Sequence record: SRR31156797_8021
Strand: one strand, 5' to 3'
Length of the DNA stretch: 54,523 bases
Shown here in pieces: positions 26,542 through 37,465 of the stretch. The notes beneath the pieces are model-generated. The model was not told where the DNA came from. It saw only the letters and a program-made list of their open reading frames with translations, and searched no databases. The position numbers and the translations under genes were made by a program. How positions within the stretch are numbered: the first letter of the stretch is position 1; each line of letters starts with the position of its first letter.

Positions 26542-27885
26542 ATGTTTGATACTATCTCAAGTTTTTTTTTAGAAATAATTGGAGCTTTCATATTTTGGAT
26601 CTTAAACGGTTTCAAAGGCAAACTATCCGATCAAATGTCGGGTCCATATGAAACAAATAAAAAAAGTTTGAGAAATGGAATTACATCAATAGCAGTCATA
26701 TTAATAATAATTACCATCTTATCATCCTGTTCTTCAAAAAAGGACAATTCGATCATACAATTTGAAGAATATATCGGAGAAACATATACCAACATACTTG
26801 ATTCGATGATAATTGCATTTAAACATGTAGTTGATCAACCAATTGGTTCAAATAATTTCGAATACTTTATAAATAAAACAATATCAGATTCCCTCTCCAG
26901 AAATGACTGGCTAAAAAATTCAATTGAGGCTGCTAAAATTAAGAGAAGAATTAAAGAATCTGGTCTTCGAGATGATATCTACTTCGATATTTACGACGTA
27001 AAATATATTGATGATGTATTAATCAGTACTTATAAATATTGGGACATTTATAATCGAGATAGTATAACTGTAATAGACTCCACATTTATTTTTCAGCCTA
27101 GAAAACTAAGAGATACATCTCAGTTTAGAGAAAAAATGGTAGTACCTTCAGATTTTAACATTCAAGAATACGTAAATAAAAGAAAGAATCAATTAGTTCT
27201 CAATGATAAAAGTAGGTTCTATAGAGGTCTAAAGTTATCTTGCAAAGATTCTATTATACAGGACTATATTACATATAAAGAAATGTCAAAATGGTGTGAC
27301 CTCGTTAGTTTAGCCAAAGGTTTTGAGTATGGAAACCCCAATTACAATAATTACTTTTTGCAAAGGGTAATAGCACTTGAATTATTTATACCTGAAACTT
27401 TATTGGACTTTGAAAATATAAAAACTGCTGACATTAATGCATCGATTAATTACAAACCTAAAGTAATAGCTCTTCCACCATACGACGAAATTTCCAACAG
27501 AGGTATTTCTCCTAAAATTCAAAAATATCTTGAAGAACAATTATTACAGAACACCAAGTTCACCCTTAATGCGTTTCCTCATAAAGACCTTCTCAATGTG
27601 CCCTATCAAAACATTTTTGATAAAATATTTTGTAAACCAATAACTGAAAATATTGATTGTGATATTATTACCATGAGCAAAATAGACCTCGTAAAAAAAA
27701 CTGGAAACATATCATCAGATTTATGGAATGCAAGATTTAAAATCTACAACGTAAATACTAACACTCAAATTAACTCCAAGGTCAAAATTGACAGTTTAAA
27801 TTCTCTTGAAATCAATTCTAAATTACAACAATCAAGTAAAGAATTAATTAAAGAGATTGAAAACACAATTATCAAACAAAATTAG
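26542..27885 (+). CDS. Hypothetical membrane-anchored protein, apparently multi-module
   Basis: 447-aa AT-rich ORF with two N-terminal hydrophobic segments and an internal lipobox-like ILSSC. Confidence 0.7.
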   Translation: MFDTISSFFLEIIGAFIFWILNGFKGKLSDQMSGPYETNKKSLRNGITSIAVILIIITILSSCSSKKDNSIIQFEEYIGETYTNILDSMIIAFKHVVDQPIGSNNFEYFINKTISDSLSRNDWLKNSIEAAKIKRRIKESGLRDDIYFDIYDVKYIDDVLISTYKYWDIYNRDSITVIDSTFIFQPRKLRDTSQFREKMVVPSDFNIQEYVNKRKNQLVLNDKSRFYRGLKLSCKDSIIQDYITYKEMSKWCDLVSLAKGFEYGNPNYNNYFLQRVIALELFIPETLLDFENIKTADINASINYKPKVIALPPYDEISNRGISPKIQKYLEEQLLQNTKFTLNAFPHKDLLNVPYQNIFDKIFCKPITENIDCDIITMSKIDLVKKTGNISSDLWNARFKIYNVNTNTQINSKVKIDSLNSLEINSKLQQSSKELIKEIENTIIKQN

Positions 27886-27912
27886 TTTCTAAATCATTAT
27901 AAAACTGAGTCC

Positions 27913-28368
27913 ATGAAAAACATCCTCTTAACTTTATTATTCATAGCGATTTCGTCTATTAGCTTTGGACAATTTGTCGCAACAATGGAAGTAAAAGAAG
28001 ACATCCCAGGTCTTTGTAATAAAAATGGAGTCTATGCTCTAATGTCAATACTCGATGGTCAGAAAGTTGCTGTCTGCCCTACTTTAAAAAGTGAAATTTT
28101 AAACCGTTTAAACTCGGAAGTTCAATTTCTGAAAGATAATCCTAATTATAAAGACAAGGGAATGATTGGAATTATCATTAATTGTAAAGGAAAAATTGTA
28201 AAGTGCGAAATGGATAATAACACTAAAGATGCCATACTAGACAAACAGATTGAAGCTGTATTTAACTCATTGGGAAATTGGAAGCCAGGCAAACTCAATG
28301 GTAAAAAAGTAGATAGCATCAAATTGTTCAGTTTTAAGATTCGTAAGGGTAAATTTTATTGGGATTAA
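27913..28368 (+). CDS. Hypothetical exported protein, TonB C-terminal-like
   Basis: Signal peptide. IINCKGKI and WKPGKLNGKKV resemble the TonB_C pattern. Confidence 0.7.
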   Translation: MKNILLTLLFIAISSISFGQFVATMEVKEDIPGLCNKNGVYALMSILDGQKVAVCPTLKSEILNRLNSEVQFLKDNPNYKDKGMIGIIINCKGKIVKCEMDNNTKDAILDKQIEAVFNSLGNWKPGKLNGKKVDSIKLFSFKIRKGKFYWD

Positions 28369-28391
28369 CCCTTCATACAATAAATGATTAA

Positions 28392-29036
28392 ATGAATTCT
28401 AACTTTTCAAAAATCAAATCTCTTGAAACTCTTGCCATCGTCCTAACAGTATTAGGCAAATTCCTGTTTATGGATTACCTAAACTGGCGTTTTCCCTTTG
28501 TATTATCAGCAAGTGCACTATGGTTGGCATATATTGTTTATCGCAGAAAGAAAACGCCATACATAATACAACACTGGGGTTTTAGGAAAGACAATTTTAG
28601 GAGAGTATTAAAAATGGTATTGCCTTTTGGTGCAACGGCAGTGATTGCATTTTTTACTGTGGGTGCCTGGCAAGAAACTTTAAATATTACCTGGCATATA
28701 CTTCCAGTTTTGCTCTTCTACCCTTTATGGGGCACAATTCAGCAATTTCTATTAATTGCTTTGGTAGCCGGTAATTTAAACGAAAGCAAAAACAAGCTCA
28801 ACAAACATCTTATTGTACTAATTACAGCCATTTTGTTTGCTGTGGTTCATTATCCCTCCTACTGGCTAATTGGAGGAACTTTTATATTGGCAATATTTTA
28901 TGGCTATATCTACTTAAAAGAGAAAAACCTTTATGTACTTGGAATTTTTCATGGTTGGCTGGGCGCGCTCTTCTATTACACGGTTTTAAATCGTGATCCG
29001 TTTTATGAAATATTTGGAAAATTGTTGAATCTGTAA
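28392..29036 (+). CDS. CPBP (CAAX/Abi) family intramembrane protein
   Basis: Multi-TM protein with FAVVHY and GIFHGWLG motifs. QQ occupies the position of the usual EE. Confidence 0.8.
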   Translation: MNSNFSKIKSLETLAIVLTVLGKFLFMDYLNWRFPFVLSASALWLAYIVYRRKKTPYIIQHWGFRKDNFRRVLKMVLPFGATAVIAFFTVGAWQETLNITWHILPVLLFYPLWGTIQQFLLIALVAGNLNESKNKLNKHLIVLITAILFAVVHYPSYWLIGGTFILAIFYGYIYLKEKNLYVLGIFHGWLGALFYYTVLNRDPFYEIFGKLLNL

Positions 29037-29094
29037 AAAATGAAGAACCGCAAAATCTTGTGGCTCTACAATTCTGTTATATATATATCTGATT

Positions 29095-32000
29095 TTAATA
29101 GCCAGTTAAAGAAAAAGAAATTAGAAAATCGGCAAACATGGCATTGGTTTTATTTTCGTACCCAACACGAACACCAAGATTTACCGGAGCCGAAAATCGT
29201 AAAACATGTAAATCACTTGTTAGTTCAATCCCTCCTGAGGTGTAGTTGTCCTTAAACTGAAAAACTCCCGTATCACTAACTGATCTTAAATCCTGATGAC
29301 CAAAATCTGCAAAAGCATTCAATTTAATTCTTTTGAAATAAGCCAATGGTCCCAGGTTCCAATCCGGATAAAATAATGGTAGAGCGTAATCTATACTCGA
29401 AGACATTACATGTCTGCCATACAAATCGCTCATTCCTCTCGGACTTTTAATCATGTTTGAGAACAACGAATTATTAAGTGATCGATACTGATAGCCAGCA
29501 TATAATTGTAATCCGTGGTGTTTAACGAATCCTGGGAAATACAGATCACCTTCAATCGAATAAGTTTCTCCCAATTCACTATCCCCAAATGGCGTATTTC
29601 TGTAATTAAATTCTAAAATTTGTGCCCATTGATACTGTACATCGCGTGGAACCGTTCTGGCAATATTGTAGACGAACAATTGATATTCCATAATCTCTTG
29701 TGAGATCGATTCATCGGCAAAATTATACTTCCCTAAACCCAAAGGATTGGTTTGTGTTGTTGCTAACGCTTTTGTTTTTAAATCAGTTAGCTTTGCAATG
29801 TTGTAGGTTACTTTAGGAATAATTTTTCGCGTATACTGTCCCGATGAGATATTAAATGGCAAACTAATACTATTCTCCCACTCCCATTGTCGCCAAGCTG
29901 TATTTACCAAAATGGTATCTTGTTGTTTAGGAAAAATTCTTTCTGCAATTGTTGCATATTCACTATCTCTATCGCCAACTGTTAGTTTTGAATCAATAAT
30001 AGGAAACCATCCACGATACGATAGGTTTGCATAGAACTGTCCGTTATCATAGCCTTCCTCTTTTTTGTATCCAACAGTAGTTAATAAAGTGCTTAACTTG
30101 TTCTGACTTGCAAATGATATTCCCACATCAGCTTTGCCATCAAGTCCATCTATAAAGGCAGGCGCCCATGAATGAAAATTAAACAAGTGTGTAAGCTTCG
30201 AGTAATTTTTCACAGGAAATCGATCCAAATTTGTGGTATCAGGCTCAATCTTCTCTCCCAATTGTTCTGATAAATCTTCTGCAAGTGGATAAGTAAAATT
30301 ATTTCCTTTCCATTCTACCCAATTCTTAGGATCTGTTTTCGTTCGAACCGGAAGATAACCATCGGAAGTATAATCTGAATAATACAATTCAAAATTCTTA
30401 TCAACATAGGCATCTCTTGCTCCAAAACGCGATGAAGTTACCTGATAAACTTTTTTCGTTTCCTTATCAAAAGCAAATAAATTGTCAATTCCAGTAAATG
30501 TTCCGTTAAAATAAATGTAATTGCCATTTGCAACTGGTCTCGAAATATCTTGAGGTCCTGAACTAAAAAGTACTTCCTGTTCATTTGTATCAATATTAAG
30601 ACGAACCAAGTGTTTTCCCTTTGTGTTCAAAAGAATCATTACAATTGAACTTTCATTTTCCCATCGGGGAGAAATATAATATTCTTGTTTCGATGCTGAA
30701 ATTTGTTTTAAAACTGTTCCACTAATTGCATCTAATACCACAAGTGCATTATCGCCTTTTTTATCTGTTTCGACAGCAACAATTTTCGAGGTATGCTTAT
30801 TAAAATCAGGAGCAAACAAAGATTGTTTGTGATGGTAAACTCTTCTTTTTTTTGTATTGATATTGTAAGATACAAGAATGTTTTTATCTCCTTTTTCCCA
30901 TCTCAGGTTTTCTTTCCTTTCAGACCATATCAATTTCCCTTCCTGATAATCGTAATCCAAATAGCTCATATAACCCGGCGTAAACAATTTTCTTTTTGTG
31001 CCATCCGGTTCAAGTAGTTCGAATTGCAATTTATCACCCAAACCTTGTTTCAGATATATTATTCTCCCATCTTCAATCTGCTGTGGTAATCTTTTATTGG
31101 TATAAAACTTTTCCCTTTCAGATAAATTCACAAATTCCGTTTTATTTGTTTTTGCATCTTCAACTTGCCATTCCCACAACAATTCCTTCATGCTATCGTA
31201 ATAAAGCAATAGTTTTCCATCGGAGTAATCATTCTTATTCTTCACCTCTTCCCAATCGATCTTCTCCACAACAATATTTGTTGAAATATGATCTTGTAAT
31301 TCGGACAAGTTCTTATAATGATTGTCTCTTTCTTGCTTCATGGCCGACTTAATTCCATCAGCAAAACTTGTGATTCCATATGGTTTTTGTGCTACCTTGT
31401 TCAAAGTCTCGTTCCAAAGCTCATTCCCATAATTCGCTCGTGCTTTGCCTACCAAATAGTATCCTAACTTGTATCTATCTGTAATAAAATCCTGATAAGA
31501 TCCATTCACAGCCTTATCGTAAGAAAAAATTCCCTTTTCGAGTAATTGAGCACGTAATTCCTGTTTAAATTCAGGATCACGCCCTCTACCCGATTCTCCT
31601 AAAGCTGTTTCCAAACAAACAGCATCACCTTCGAGAAACCAAGGTGGGATATATAACCCCACAACAACAGCAGTAGCTTGCTGTCCGAACACATAATTCA
31701 AAAAGCGTGTAAACCCTTGCTCTATTTTATCCAACTGAATTACATGTCGATACTCGTGAATACTAACATGATTCAACCACAATTGTGCATCATTATCCTG
31801 CCCCGAAGTAGTAAATAACTCCATACGCTTTGGAGCCCAGGCAACCATGCCGTTTGAAGTTGCACTATGTGAATGCAAAACGACTGAGAATTTTTTAGGA
31901 GTATGATTTAAATCTTTTCCTCCCTTTAACATTAAATCTTCGAATAAAGTTGCCAGATACTTAGCCTTAGTCTCTGTTTCAGCAGGAAAAATAATTTGAA

Positions 32001-32121
32001 ACTGATCGGTATTGATTTGTTTCCAGGAAATTGAAGCTGGATCTTGTCCTGTATTAAAATATTGTGAGTTGGCTGACAGGCATACAATCAGCAAAAGCAT
32101 AAAAACTAGGATTTTCTTCAT
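29095..32121 (-). CDS. Large outer-membrane protein: Zn-peptidase-like + beta-propeller + beta-barrel
   Basis: Signal peptide, HEYRH and WFLEGDAV motifs, TolB-like repeats (QVTSSRFGA) and aromatic beta-strand C-terminus. Confidence 0.8.
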   Translation of the reverse strand: MKKILVFMLLLIVCLSANSQYFNTGQDPASISWKQINTDQFQIIFPAETETKAKYLATLFEDLMLKGGKDLNHTPKKFSVVLHSHSATSNGMVAWAPKRMELFTTSGQDNDAQLWLNHVSIHEYRHVIQLDKIEQGFTRFLNYVFGQQATAVVVGLYIPPWFLEGDAVCLETALGESGRGRDPEFKQELRAQLLEKGIFSYDKAVNGSYQDFITDRYKLGYYLVGKARANYGNELWNETLNKVAQKPYGITSFADGIKSAMKQERDNHYKNLSELQDHISTNIVVEKIDWEEVKNKNDYSDGKLLLYYDSMKELLWEWQVEDAKTNKTEFVNLSEREKFYTNKRLPQQIEDGRIIYLKQGLGDKLQFELLEPDGTKRKLFTPGYMSYLDYDYQEGKLIWSERKENLRWEKGDKNILVSYNINTKKRRVYHHKQSLFAPDFNKHTSKIVAVETDKKGDNALVVLDAISGTVLKQISASKQEYYISPRWENESSIVMILLNTKGKHLVRLNIDTNEQEVLFSSGPQDISRPVANGNYIYFNGTFTGIDNLFAFDKETKKVYQVTSSRFGARDAYVDKNFELYYSDYTSDGYLPVRTKTDPKNWVEWKGNNFTYPLAEDLSEQLGEKIEPDTTNLDRFPVKNYSKLTHLFNFHSWAPAFIDGLDGKADVGISFASQNKLSTLLTTVGYKKEEGYDNGQFYANLSYRGWFPIIDSKLTVGDRDSEYATIAERIFPKQQDTILVNTAWRQWEWENSISLPFNISSGQYTRKIIPKVTYNIAKLTDLKTKALATTQTNPLGLGKYNFADESISQEIMEYQLFVYNIARTVPRDVQYQWAQILEFNYRNTPFGDSELGETYSIEGDLYFPGFVKHHGLQLYAGYQYRSLNNSLFSNMIKSPRGMSDLYGRHVMSSSIDYALPLFYPDWNLGPLAYFKRIKLNAFADFGHQDLRSVSDTGVFQFKDNYTSGGIELTSDLHVLRFSAPVNLGVRVGYENKTNAMFADFLISFSLTGY

Positions 32122-32331
32122 TTAGAACTAAATTTAGCTTATTGAACGCGTTAAATTACCAAACTATTATTTGCAGTGCAAAATTAATTTTTTCATAAAA
32201 TCAATTATTGAATGCATTTGATCATATTATATTCTTATAAGCTATCAATTTGGTTTGCAAAATTCAATTTCAATGCAGACCTTTGCCTCCTTAATATACA
32301 ACAGTAAATTATTTCTGAACAGCACACAATT

Positions 32332-33111
32332 ATGGGCAAAATAATTATCAAAACTCCAGAGCAAATCGAGGGAATCAGAAAAAGTTCTCAATTAGCCGGA
32401 AATACTTTAAAAAATATAAGCAACTACGTCAAAGAAGGCGTTTCTACTTTATATCTAGACAATTTAATTGAAGAGTACATGCGTGATAATGGTGCAATTC
32501 CTGCAACATTAGATTATCATGGTTATCCAAAATCAAGCTGTATTTCTTTAAACGATGTGATCTGTCATGGCATTCCAGATGAAAAAACCATATTAAAAGA
32601 AGGTGATATATTAAATATTGATGTTACCACTATTTTAGATGGTTATTTTGGCGATACCAGTACAATGTTCACAATTGGTGATGTTACAGATCAGGCGACT
32701 CGTTTGGTGGAAGATACGGAGCATGCATTGTATTTAGGTATTGAACAAGTTAGACCTGGTAACTATTTTGGAAATATTGGTTTTGCAATTGGACGATTTG
32801 CACAAGCAAAAAAATACAGTGTGGTTTATGAATTTTGTGGACATGGAATTGGATTGGAATTTCATGAAGATCCTCAAGTTGAACACATTGCACCTCGAAA
32901 CTCTGGTCCTAAAATGAAGGAGGGTATGATTTTCACTATCGAGCCAATGATTAACCTAGGTAAAGCACGTGCAGTAGTAGACGAAAATGATGGTTGGACA
33001 GCAAGAACTGTTGACAAAAAGTTATCTGCTCAATTTGAACATACTATATTGGTTACCAAAGATGGGTATGATATTTTAACTGATGTTGGAGATTACGAAA
33101 TCTTCAGATAG
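32332..33111 (+). CDS. map: Type I methionine aminopeptidase
   Basis: CISLNDVICHGIP, NIDVT, GHGIG..FHE, FTIEPMIN and SAQFEHT motifs. Confidence 0.98.
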   Translation: MGKIIIKTPEQIEGIRKSSQLAGNTLKNISNYVKEGVSTLYLDNLIEEYMRDNGAIPATLDYHGYPKSSCISLNDVICHGIPDEKTILKEGDILNIDVTTILDGYFGDTSTMFTIGDVTDQATRLVEDTEHALYLGIEQVRPGNYFGNIGFAIGRFAQAKKYSVVYEFCGHGIGLEFHEDPQVEHIAPRNSGPKMKEGMIFTIEPMINLGKARAVVDENDGWTARTVDKKLSAQFEHTILVTKDGYDILTDVGDYEIFR

Positions 33112-33137
33112 TAAATTCCCATTTATTAGAATATATG

Positions 33138-33174
33138 CCGTTTCAAATCGAATTTTGGAACGGTTATTTTTTTT
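33138..33174 (+). terminator. Intrinsic terminator after map
   Basis: CCGTTTCAAA-N6-TTTGGAACGG-TTATTTTTTTT. Confidence 0.75.
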
Positions 33175-33231
33175 CTCTTTTCTGTAGAGTTTATTTGTAT
33201 TACTTTAGCTTATCACTTTAAAAATTAAACC

Positions 33232-33927
33232 ATGAAGAATGTTGCTGTTCTACTTGCAGGTGGAAGCGGAAAAAGAATGGGAAGCAGTCTTCCTAAGCAA
33301 TTTCTGACCTTAGGATCTAAACCCATAATACAACATAGTATTGAAGCCTTCGAAAATCACAAGCAAATTGATGAAATCTGTGTTGTGATTAATGCCGATT
33401 ATCATTCCGAAATAAACGATCTAATTTCACTTAACAACATTAGTAAAGTTAAACATGTTCTTAGTGGTGGAAAAGAAAGAAGTGACTCGAGTTTAGCTGC
33501 AATAGATGCATATGAACGTGAACAAAACGTTTACCTTATATTTCATGATGCGGTTCGTCCATTTGTTTCGGAACGTATTATTAACGACGTTATTAAAGAG
33601 CTAGAAAATGGCAAAACAGTAGCTGTTGCGATACCAACAAGCGATACAATATTCTGTTTGAACGAGAATGATTCAATTGAGTCGGTTCCGCCAAGACAAA
33701 ATCTTAGACGTGCTCAAACACCACAAGCATTCAAATATTCAACCATTAAACAAGCCTACGATATAGCAATGGAAGATCCAAATTTTACTGCAACAGATGA
33801 TTGTGGTGTGGTTTTAAAATATCTTCCAAATGAGCCTATTTTTATTGTTGATGGGGATGAATCTAACATTAAAATTACCTTTGAGCAGGACCTAATGCAT
33901 GGCTCTCAAATATTGGACAGTAAGTAA
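33232..33927 (+). CDS. IspD/TarI-family cytidylyltransferase
   Basis: LLAGGSGKRMG, PKQFL, FHDAVRPF, AQTPQAF, TDDC and NIKIT motifs. Confidence 0.92.
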   Translation: MKNVAVLLAGGSGKRMGSSLPKQFLTLGSKPIIQHSIEAFENHKQIDEICVVINADYHSEINDLISLNNISKVKHVLSGGKERSDSSLAAIDAYEREQNVYLIFHDAVRPFVSERIINDVIKELENGKTVAVAIPTSDTIFCLNENDSIESVPPRQNLRRAQTPQAFKYSTIKQAYDIAMEDPNFTATDDCGVVLKYLPNEPIFIVDGDESNIKITFEQDLMHGSQILDSK

Positions 33928-33946
33928 TCTAAAAATTACTCAGGAG

Positions 33947-35035
33947 TTAAATTAGACTCCTGAATATATTTTCTATTTTCTCTCTATTTAAAATTGCCGG
34001 ATTATTCTTCAATCTTTCCAAATTACAATTGGATAATACAGCAATATCTTTTTCTAAAATACCAAGATCATTCAGTTTTAAACTCAAACCTATTTGATTC
34101 CAAAGCTTATCTATTTTCAGAACACCATCTGTAAGATTATCTGCATTAATCAGATTTAAAATCCTCTGAATATCTTCTTTAGCAAAATCACAATTAGCTT
34201 TCATAACATGAGTCAATGTAATCGCAACAGCATGCCCATGAGGCACATCAAATAGTGAGGTCATTTTGTAAGACAAGGCGTGGCTAGCCGTTGTTTTGGA
34301 AATATTTATTGCTCTCCCAGCCCAATATGCACCTACACTTACTTTATCCTTGGCTTGATAATCATTATCGACAACAGCTTTCTCGAGGTTATTCCATACC
34401 AACTGAATTGCTTTCTCTGCATATGCTTTGGATTCCGCATTTCCTCCTGTTGCCCACATAGATTCAATGGCTTGACAAAGAGCATCAGCTCCTGTGCAGG
34501 CCGTTAGGTAAGCAGGTGTCGAATAAGTAAATTGAGAATCTACAATAACGTTTTCAGGTAAAATATATTTGTGTGCGAAGGAGTATTTTTCACCATTAAT
34601 ATACATCACTGCAAAATGGGTTGCTTCACTTCCTGTTCCGGCTGTTGTTGGTATGGCAACAAATGGGTAAGGCTTCTGATCCAATCTATTTGCCTTAATG
34701 GTTTCTACCAGATTTTCCTTAACCTTCGATAAACTGTTAATCAACTTTGCGATATCAATGGCACTTCCTCCACCAATGGCAATTGTTAATTCACAGTTCT
34801 CCCGCTTGAACAGCTCAATTCCCTTCTCAACATCTTCCAATTTGGGATTCTCCTCAAAATCAGAAAACCTAAAATATGGAGTCCCTTGTAAAAGCGACTC
34901 CATTACTTTTTGAGCTCCGGATTTTTCGTACGAGGATTTACCCGTTACCAGAAATACCTTTTTGCCCGAATGTAATTTTAATATCTCCGATAAATTAGAG
35001 ATACTATCCTTACCTATGTATATATTCTCAATCAT
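33947..35035 (-). CDS. Phosphonoacetaldehyde reductase (Fe-containing ADH family)
   Basis: GGGSAID, PTTAGTGSEATHFA, DALCQAIES, HALSY and HGHAV motifs. Overlaps the decarboxylase stop codon (TAATG). Confidence 0.9.
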   Translation of the reverse strand: MIENIYIGKDSISNLSEILKLHSGKKVFLVTGKSSYEKSGAQKVMESLLQGTPYFRFSDFEENPKLEDVEKGIELFKRENCELTIAIGGGSAIDIAKLINSLSKVKENLVETIKANRLDQKPYPFVAIPTTAGTGSEATHFAVMYINGEKYSFAHKYILPENVIVDSQFTYSTPAYLTACTGADALCQAIESMWATGGNAESKAYAEKAIQLVWNNLEKAVVDNDYQAKDKVSVGAYWAGRAINISKTTASHALSYKMTSLFDVPHGHAVAITLTHVMKANCDFAKEDIQRILNLINADNLTDGVLKIDKLWNQIGLSLKLNDLGILEKDIAVLSNCNLERLKNNPAILNREKIENIFRSLI

Positions 35036-36156
35036 TATTTTAAGAAATCCATCAAATTTTCCTTATTCTCAACAGGAGTAGTCGTTGGTCGTCCCAAGTC
35101 ATTTCTTGCTCCTTTTTTCACTCGAATTTCTAAAATCGAAGGTCCGTCGCTTGCCAGCAATTTAGGTAGTACAGACTTTATAGATTCAATTGAATCAGCA
35201 AAAAAGGCTTCTTTATATCCAAAACCTTTAGCTATTTGACCAAAATCAATATCAAATCCAATAGTTGGCTGACCTCCTACTGAATCATGCGATCCATTAT
35301 TGAAAACAATATGCTTTAGATTCTTGCAATCTGCAGCTGCAATAATTCCAAACGATCCTGTGTGCATAATGATCGCTCCATCGCCATCGAAACAATACAC
35401 ATTTTTAGATGAATGCATAGCTACACCCATTGCAATTTGCGAAGCATGTCCCATAGAACCCACAGTAAGAAAATCTTTCTCGTGTCCGGTATTGTGCTTT
35501 TCTCTTATCTCAAAAAGTTCTCTGGAAATCTTACCTGTAGTAGAAACAACAACAGAATCTTCTTCTATCATCTCAACCACTTTTTCGATGGCTTCTTCTC
35601 TTTCCGGATAAGTATTTACAGCATCCTTTGCTGCAAGTTTATAAGTTTCAAAAGTTCCCTTTTTAACCAAAAACACATACGGGCTTGAATTCTCCTTACA
35701 AGTTGCAAGTGCTTTTTTCACTTGTTCATTTGCCTCTACTGTATCAGGACTCAATACTTCACTAGGAATCTGCATAGCATCAAAAAGATCTTTCGAAACT
35801 TTCCCTTGCTTTACATGCTGAGGCTCATCCTTCTTTCCAGGTTCTCCGCGCCATCCAACAAAAAGAATCATTGGAATTTTGTAAACATCCTCATCTGCCA
35901 AAGACAATAAAGGATTTACAGCATTACCAATTCCTGAATTTTGCATGTATACAACAGGAACTAAACCGGTTGCCAAATGGTAACCACTTGCTAGACCTAC
36001 CGATGCTCCTTCATTAGAAGCTATAATGTGCTTATCTGCTGGATAATTATCGAACATATAAGCAGAAAGTGAAGCCAAAAGAGAATCTGGAACTCCTGTA
36101 TAGAAGTTCACATCATTGCTCTCCAGATTTTTAAAAAATGATTTTAATTCTATCAT
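35035..36156 (-). CDS. aepY: Phosphonopyruvate decarboxylase
   Basis: TGVPDSLL, YMQNSGIGN, GWRGEPG..DEPQH, VGSMGH and TPP-binding DGDGA...NN motifs. Confidence 0.96.
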   Translation of the reverse strand: MIELKSFFKNLESNDVNFYTGVPDSLLASLSAYMFDNYPADKHIIASNEGASVGLASGYHLATGLVPVVYMQNSGIGNAVNPLLSLADEDVYKIPMILFVGWRGEPGKKDEPQHVKQGKVSKDLFDAMQIPSEVLSPDTVEANEQVKKALATCKENSSPYVFLVKKGTFETYKLAAKDAVNTYPEREEAIEKVVEMIEEDSVVVSTTGKISRELFEIREKHNTGHEKDFLTVGSMGHASQIAMGVAMHSSKNVYCFDGDGAIIMHTGSFGIIAAADCKNLKHIVFNNGSHDSVGGQPTIGFDIDFGQIAKGFGYKEAFFADSIESIKSVLPKLLASDGPSILEIRVKKGARNDLGRPTTTPVENKENLMDFLK

Positions 36157-36163
36157 TCTAATC

Positions 36164-37465
36164 TTATTTAGTACCTGGTATTAGTTCTAGAATTTCCTTA
36201 ATTGGCATGCATTTATCATTCGCATCCGACGAGCGTCCATTAGCTAAAATCGATTTTGCAACATCCATCATTGCTGGGTAAGAAGCACGTAACATGTGAT
36301 TTGCATAAATCACCACATTAACACCAACCTTACTAAATTCTTCTTCTGTAATGTGATTGAAAGTTGATGGAACAACTACAATAGGTGTATTTTTATTATC
36401 TTTTCTGAATCGTTCACAGAACTCAATAATATCTTCTCCTGTTTTCTCTTTACTGTGAATCATTACACCATCGGCACCAGCTTTAACATAGGCGTGTGCT
36501 CTTTCTAATGCATCTTCAACTGATTTTCCTAAAATTAAAGACTCTACACGAGCAATAACCATGAAATCCTCAGTAACCTGAGCCATTTTTCCAGCTTTAA
36601 TTTTAGCAGAAAAATCTTCAATTGTATCTTGAGTTTGTGGAACTGCAGTACCGAATAATGAATTCTTTTTAAGACCTGTCTTATCTTCGATAATTACAGC
36701 AGAAACACCATGACGCTCCAATGTTCTTACCGTAAATACAAAATGCTCTACTTTTCCACCAGTATCACCATCGTAAATAATCGGCTTGGTTGTACATTCT
36801 AAAGTATCATTCAAACCATGCATACGTGTTGTAATATCAACAGCTTCAATATCCGGCTTTCCTTTTGATGTAGAGTCAGTTAAACTACTTGACCACATAC
36901 CATCAAATTCCTGATTCATACCATTTACACTCACCTTAGCATTCTCAGCAATTAATCCTGTTAAACCACTATGTGATTCCAAAATACGTACCACCGGTTT
37001 AGCCTGAATTAATCGACGTAGGCGCTTCATTCTAATTTCAGGTGTAGTCCCAATTGACTTTACCTTCTCGTTTAATTTTGATGAAGAGATTCCTTGAGTA
37101 TAAGGAACATCGATAACCTTACCATTCCATTCTTTAATCGTGTCGATAACACGTTGTCTTGTTTCTTGCTGAATCCCCTCTTTCCAATCGTCTCCATGAA
37201 CTACAAAATCAGGCTTAACATTCATCAAATTAGGTACGTAATCAAGAGTATCCTGAGGTATAACTTTTTCAACTCCCTTTAGGTTTTCTACGATCATTTT
37301 TCTTTGCTCGTAATCCAAATAAGGTAAACGCTTATAGCTAGCAATTGCCTTATCTGTTAGAACACCAACTGTAACACTTCCCAATTTAGCACCTTCTTTA
37401 ATAATATTTAGATGCCCTGGATGAATGATGTCGGCACTCATTCCAATGTATACGCTCTTACTCAT
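36164..37465 (-). CDS. aepX: Phosphoenolpyruvate mutase with N-terminal cytidylyltransferase domain
   Basis: PepM signature [10 protein letters not shown] (EDKxxxxxNS) and DGDTG. N-terminal HPGH (HxGH) and HGDDW of TagD-like CTP transferases. Confidence 0.97.
   Translation of the reverse strand: MSKSVYIGMSADIIHPGHLNIIKEGAKLGSVTVGVLTDKAIASYKRLPYLDYEQRKMIVENLKGVEKVIPQDTLDYVPNLMNVKPDFVVHGDDWKEGIQQETRQRVIDTIKEWNGKVIDVPYTQGISSSKLNEKVKSIGTTPEIRMKRLRRLIQAKPVVRILESHSGLTGLIAENAKVSVNGMNQEFDGMWSSSLTDSTSKGKPDIEAVDITTRMHGLNDTLECTTKPIIYDGDTGGKVEHFVFTVRTLERHGVSAVIIEDKTGLKKNSLFGTAVPQTQDTIEDFSAKIKAGKMAQVTEDFMVIARVESLILGKSVEDALERAHAYVKAGADGVMIHSKEKTGEDIIEFCERFRKDNKNTPIVVVPSTFNHITEEEFSKVGVNVVIYANHMLRASYPAMMDVAKSILANGRSSDANDKCMPIKEILELIPGTK

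Noticed and set aside
33947-37465. Phosphonate antibiotic (fosfomycin/phosphinothricin-like) biosynthetic cluster
   Set aside because: Neighbours are envelope-glycan genes (Wzi, TagF-like, LPS kinase). No radical-SAM methyltransferase, epoxidase, NRPS, ATP-grasp or resistance genes.
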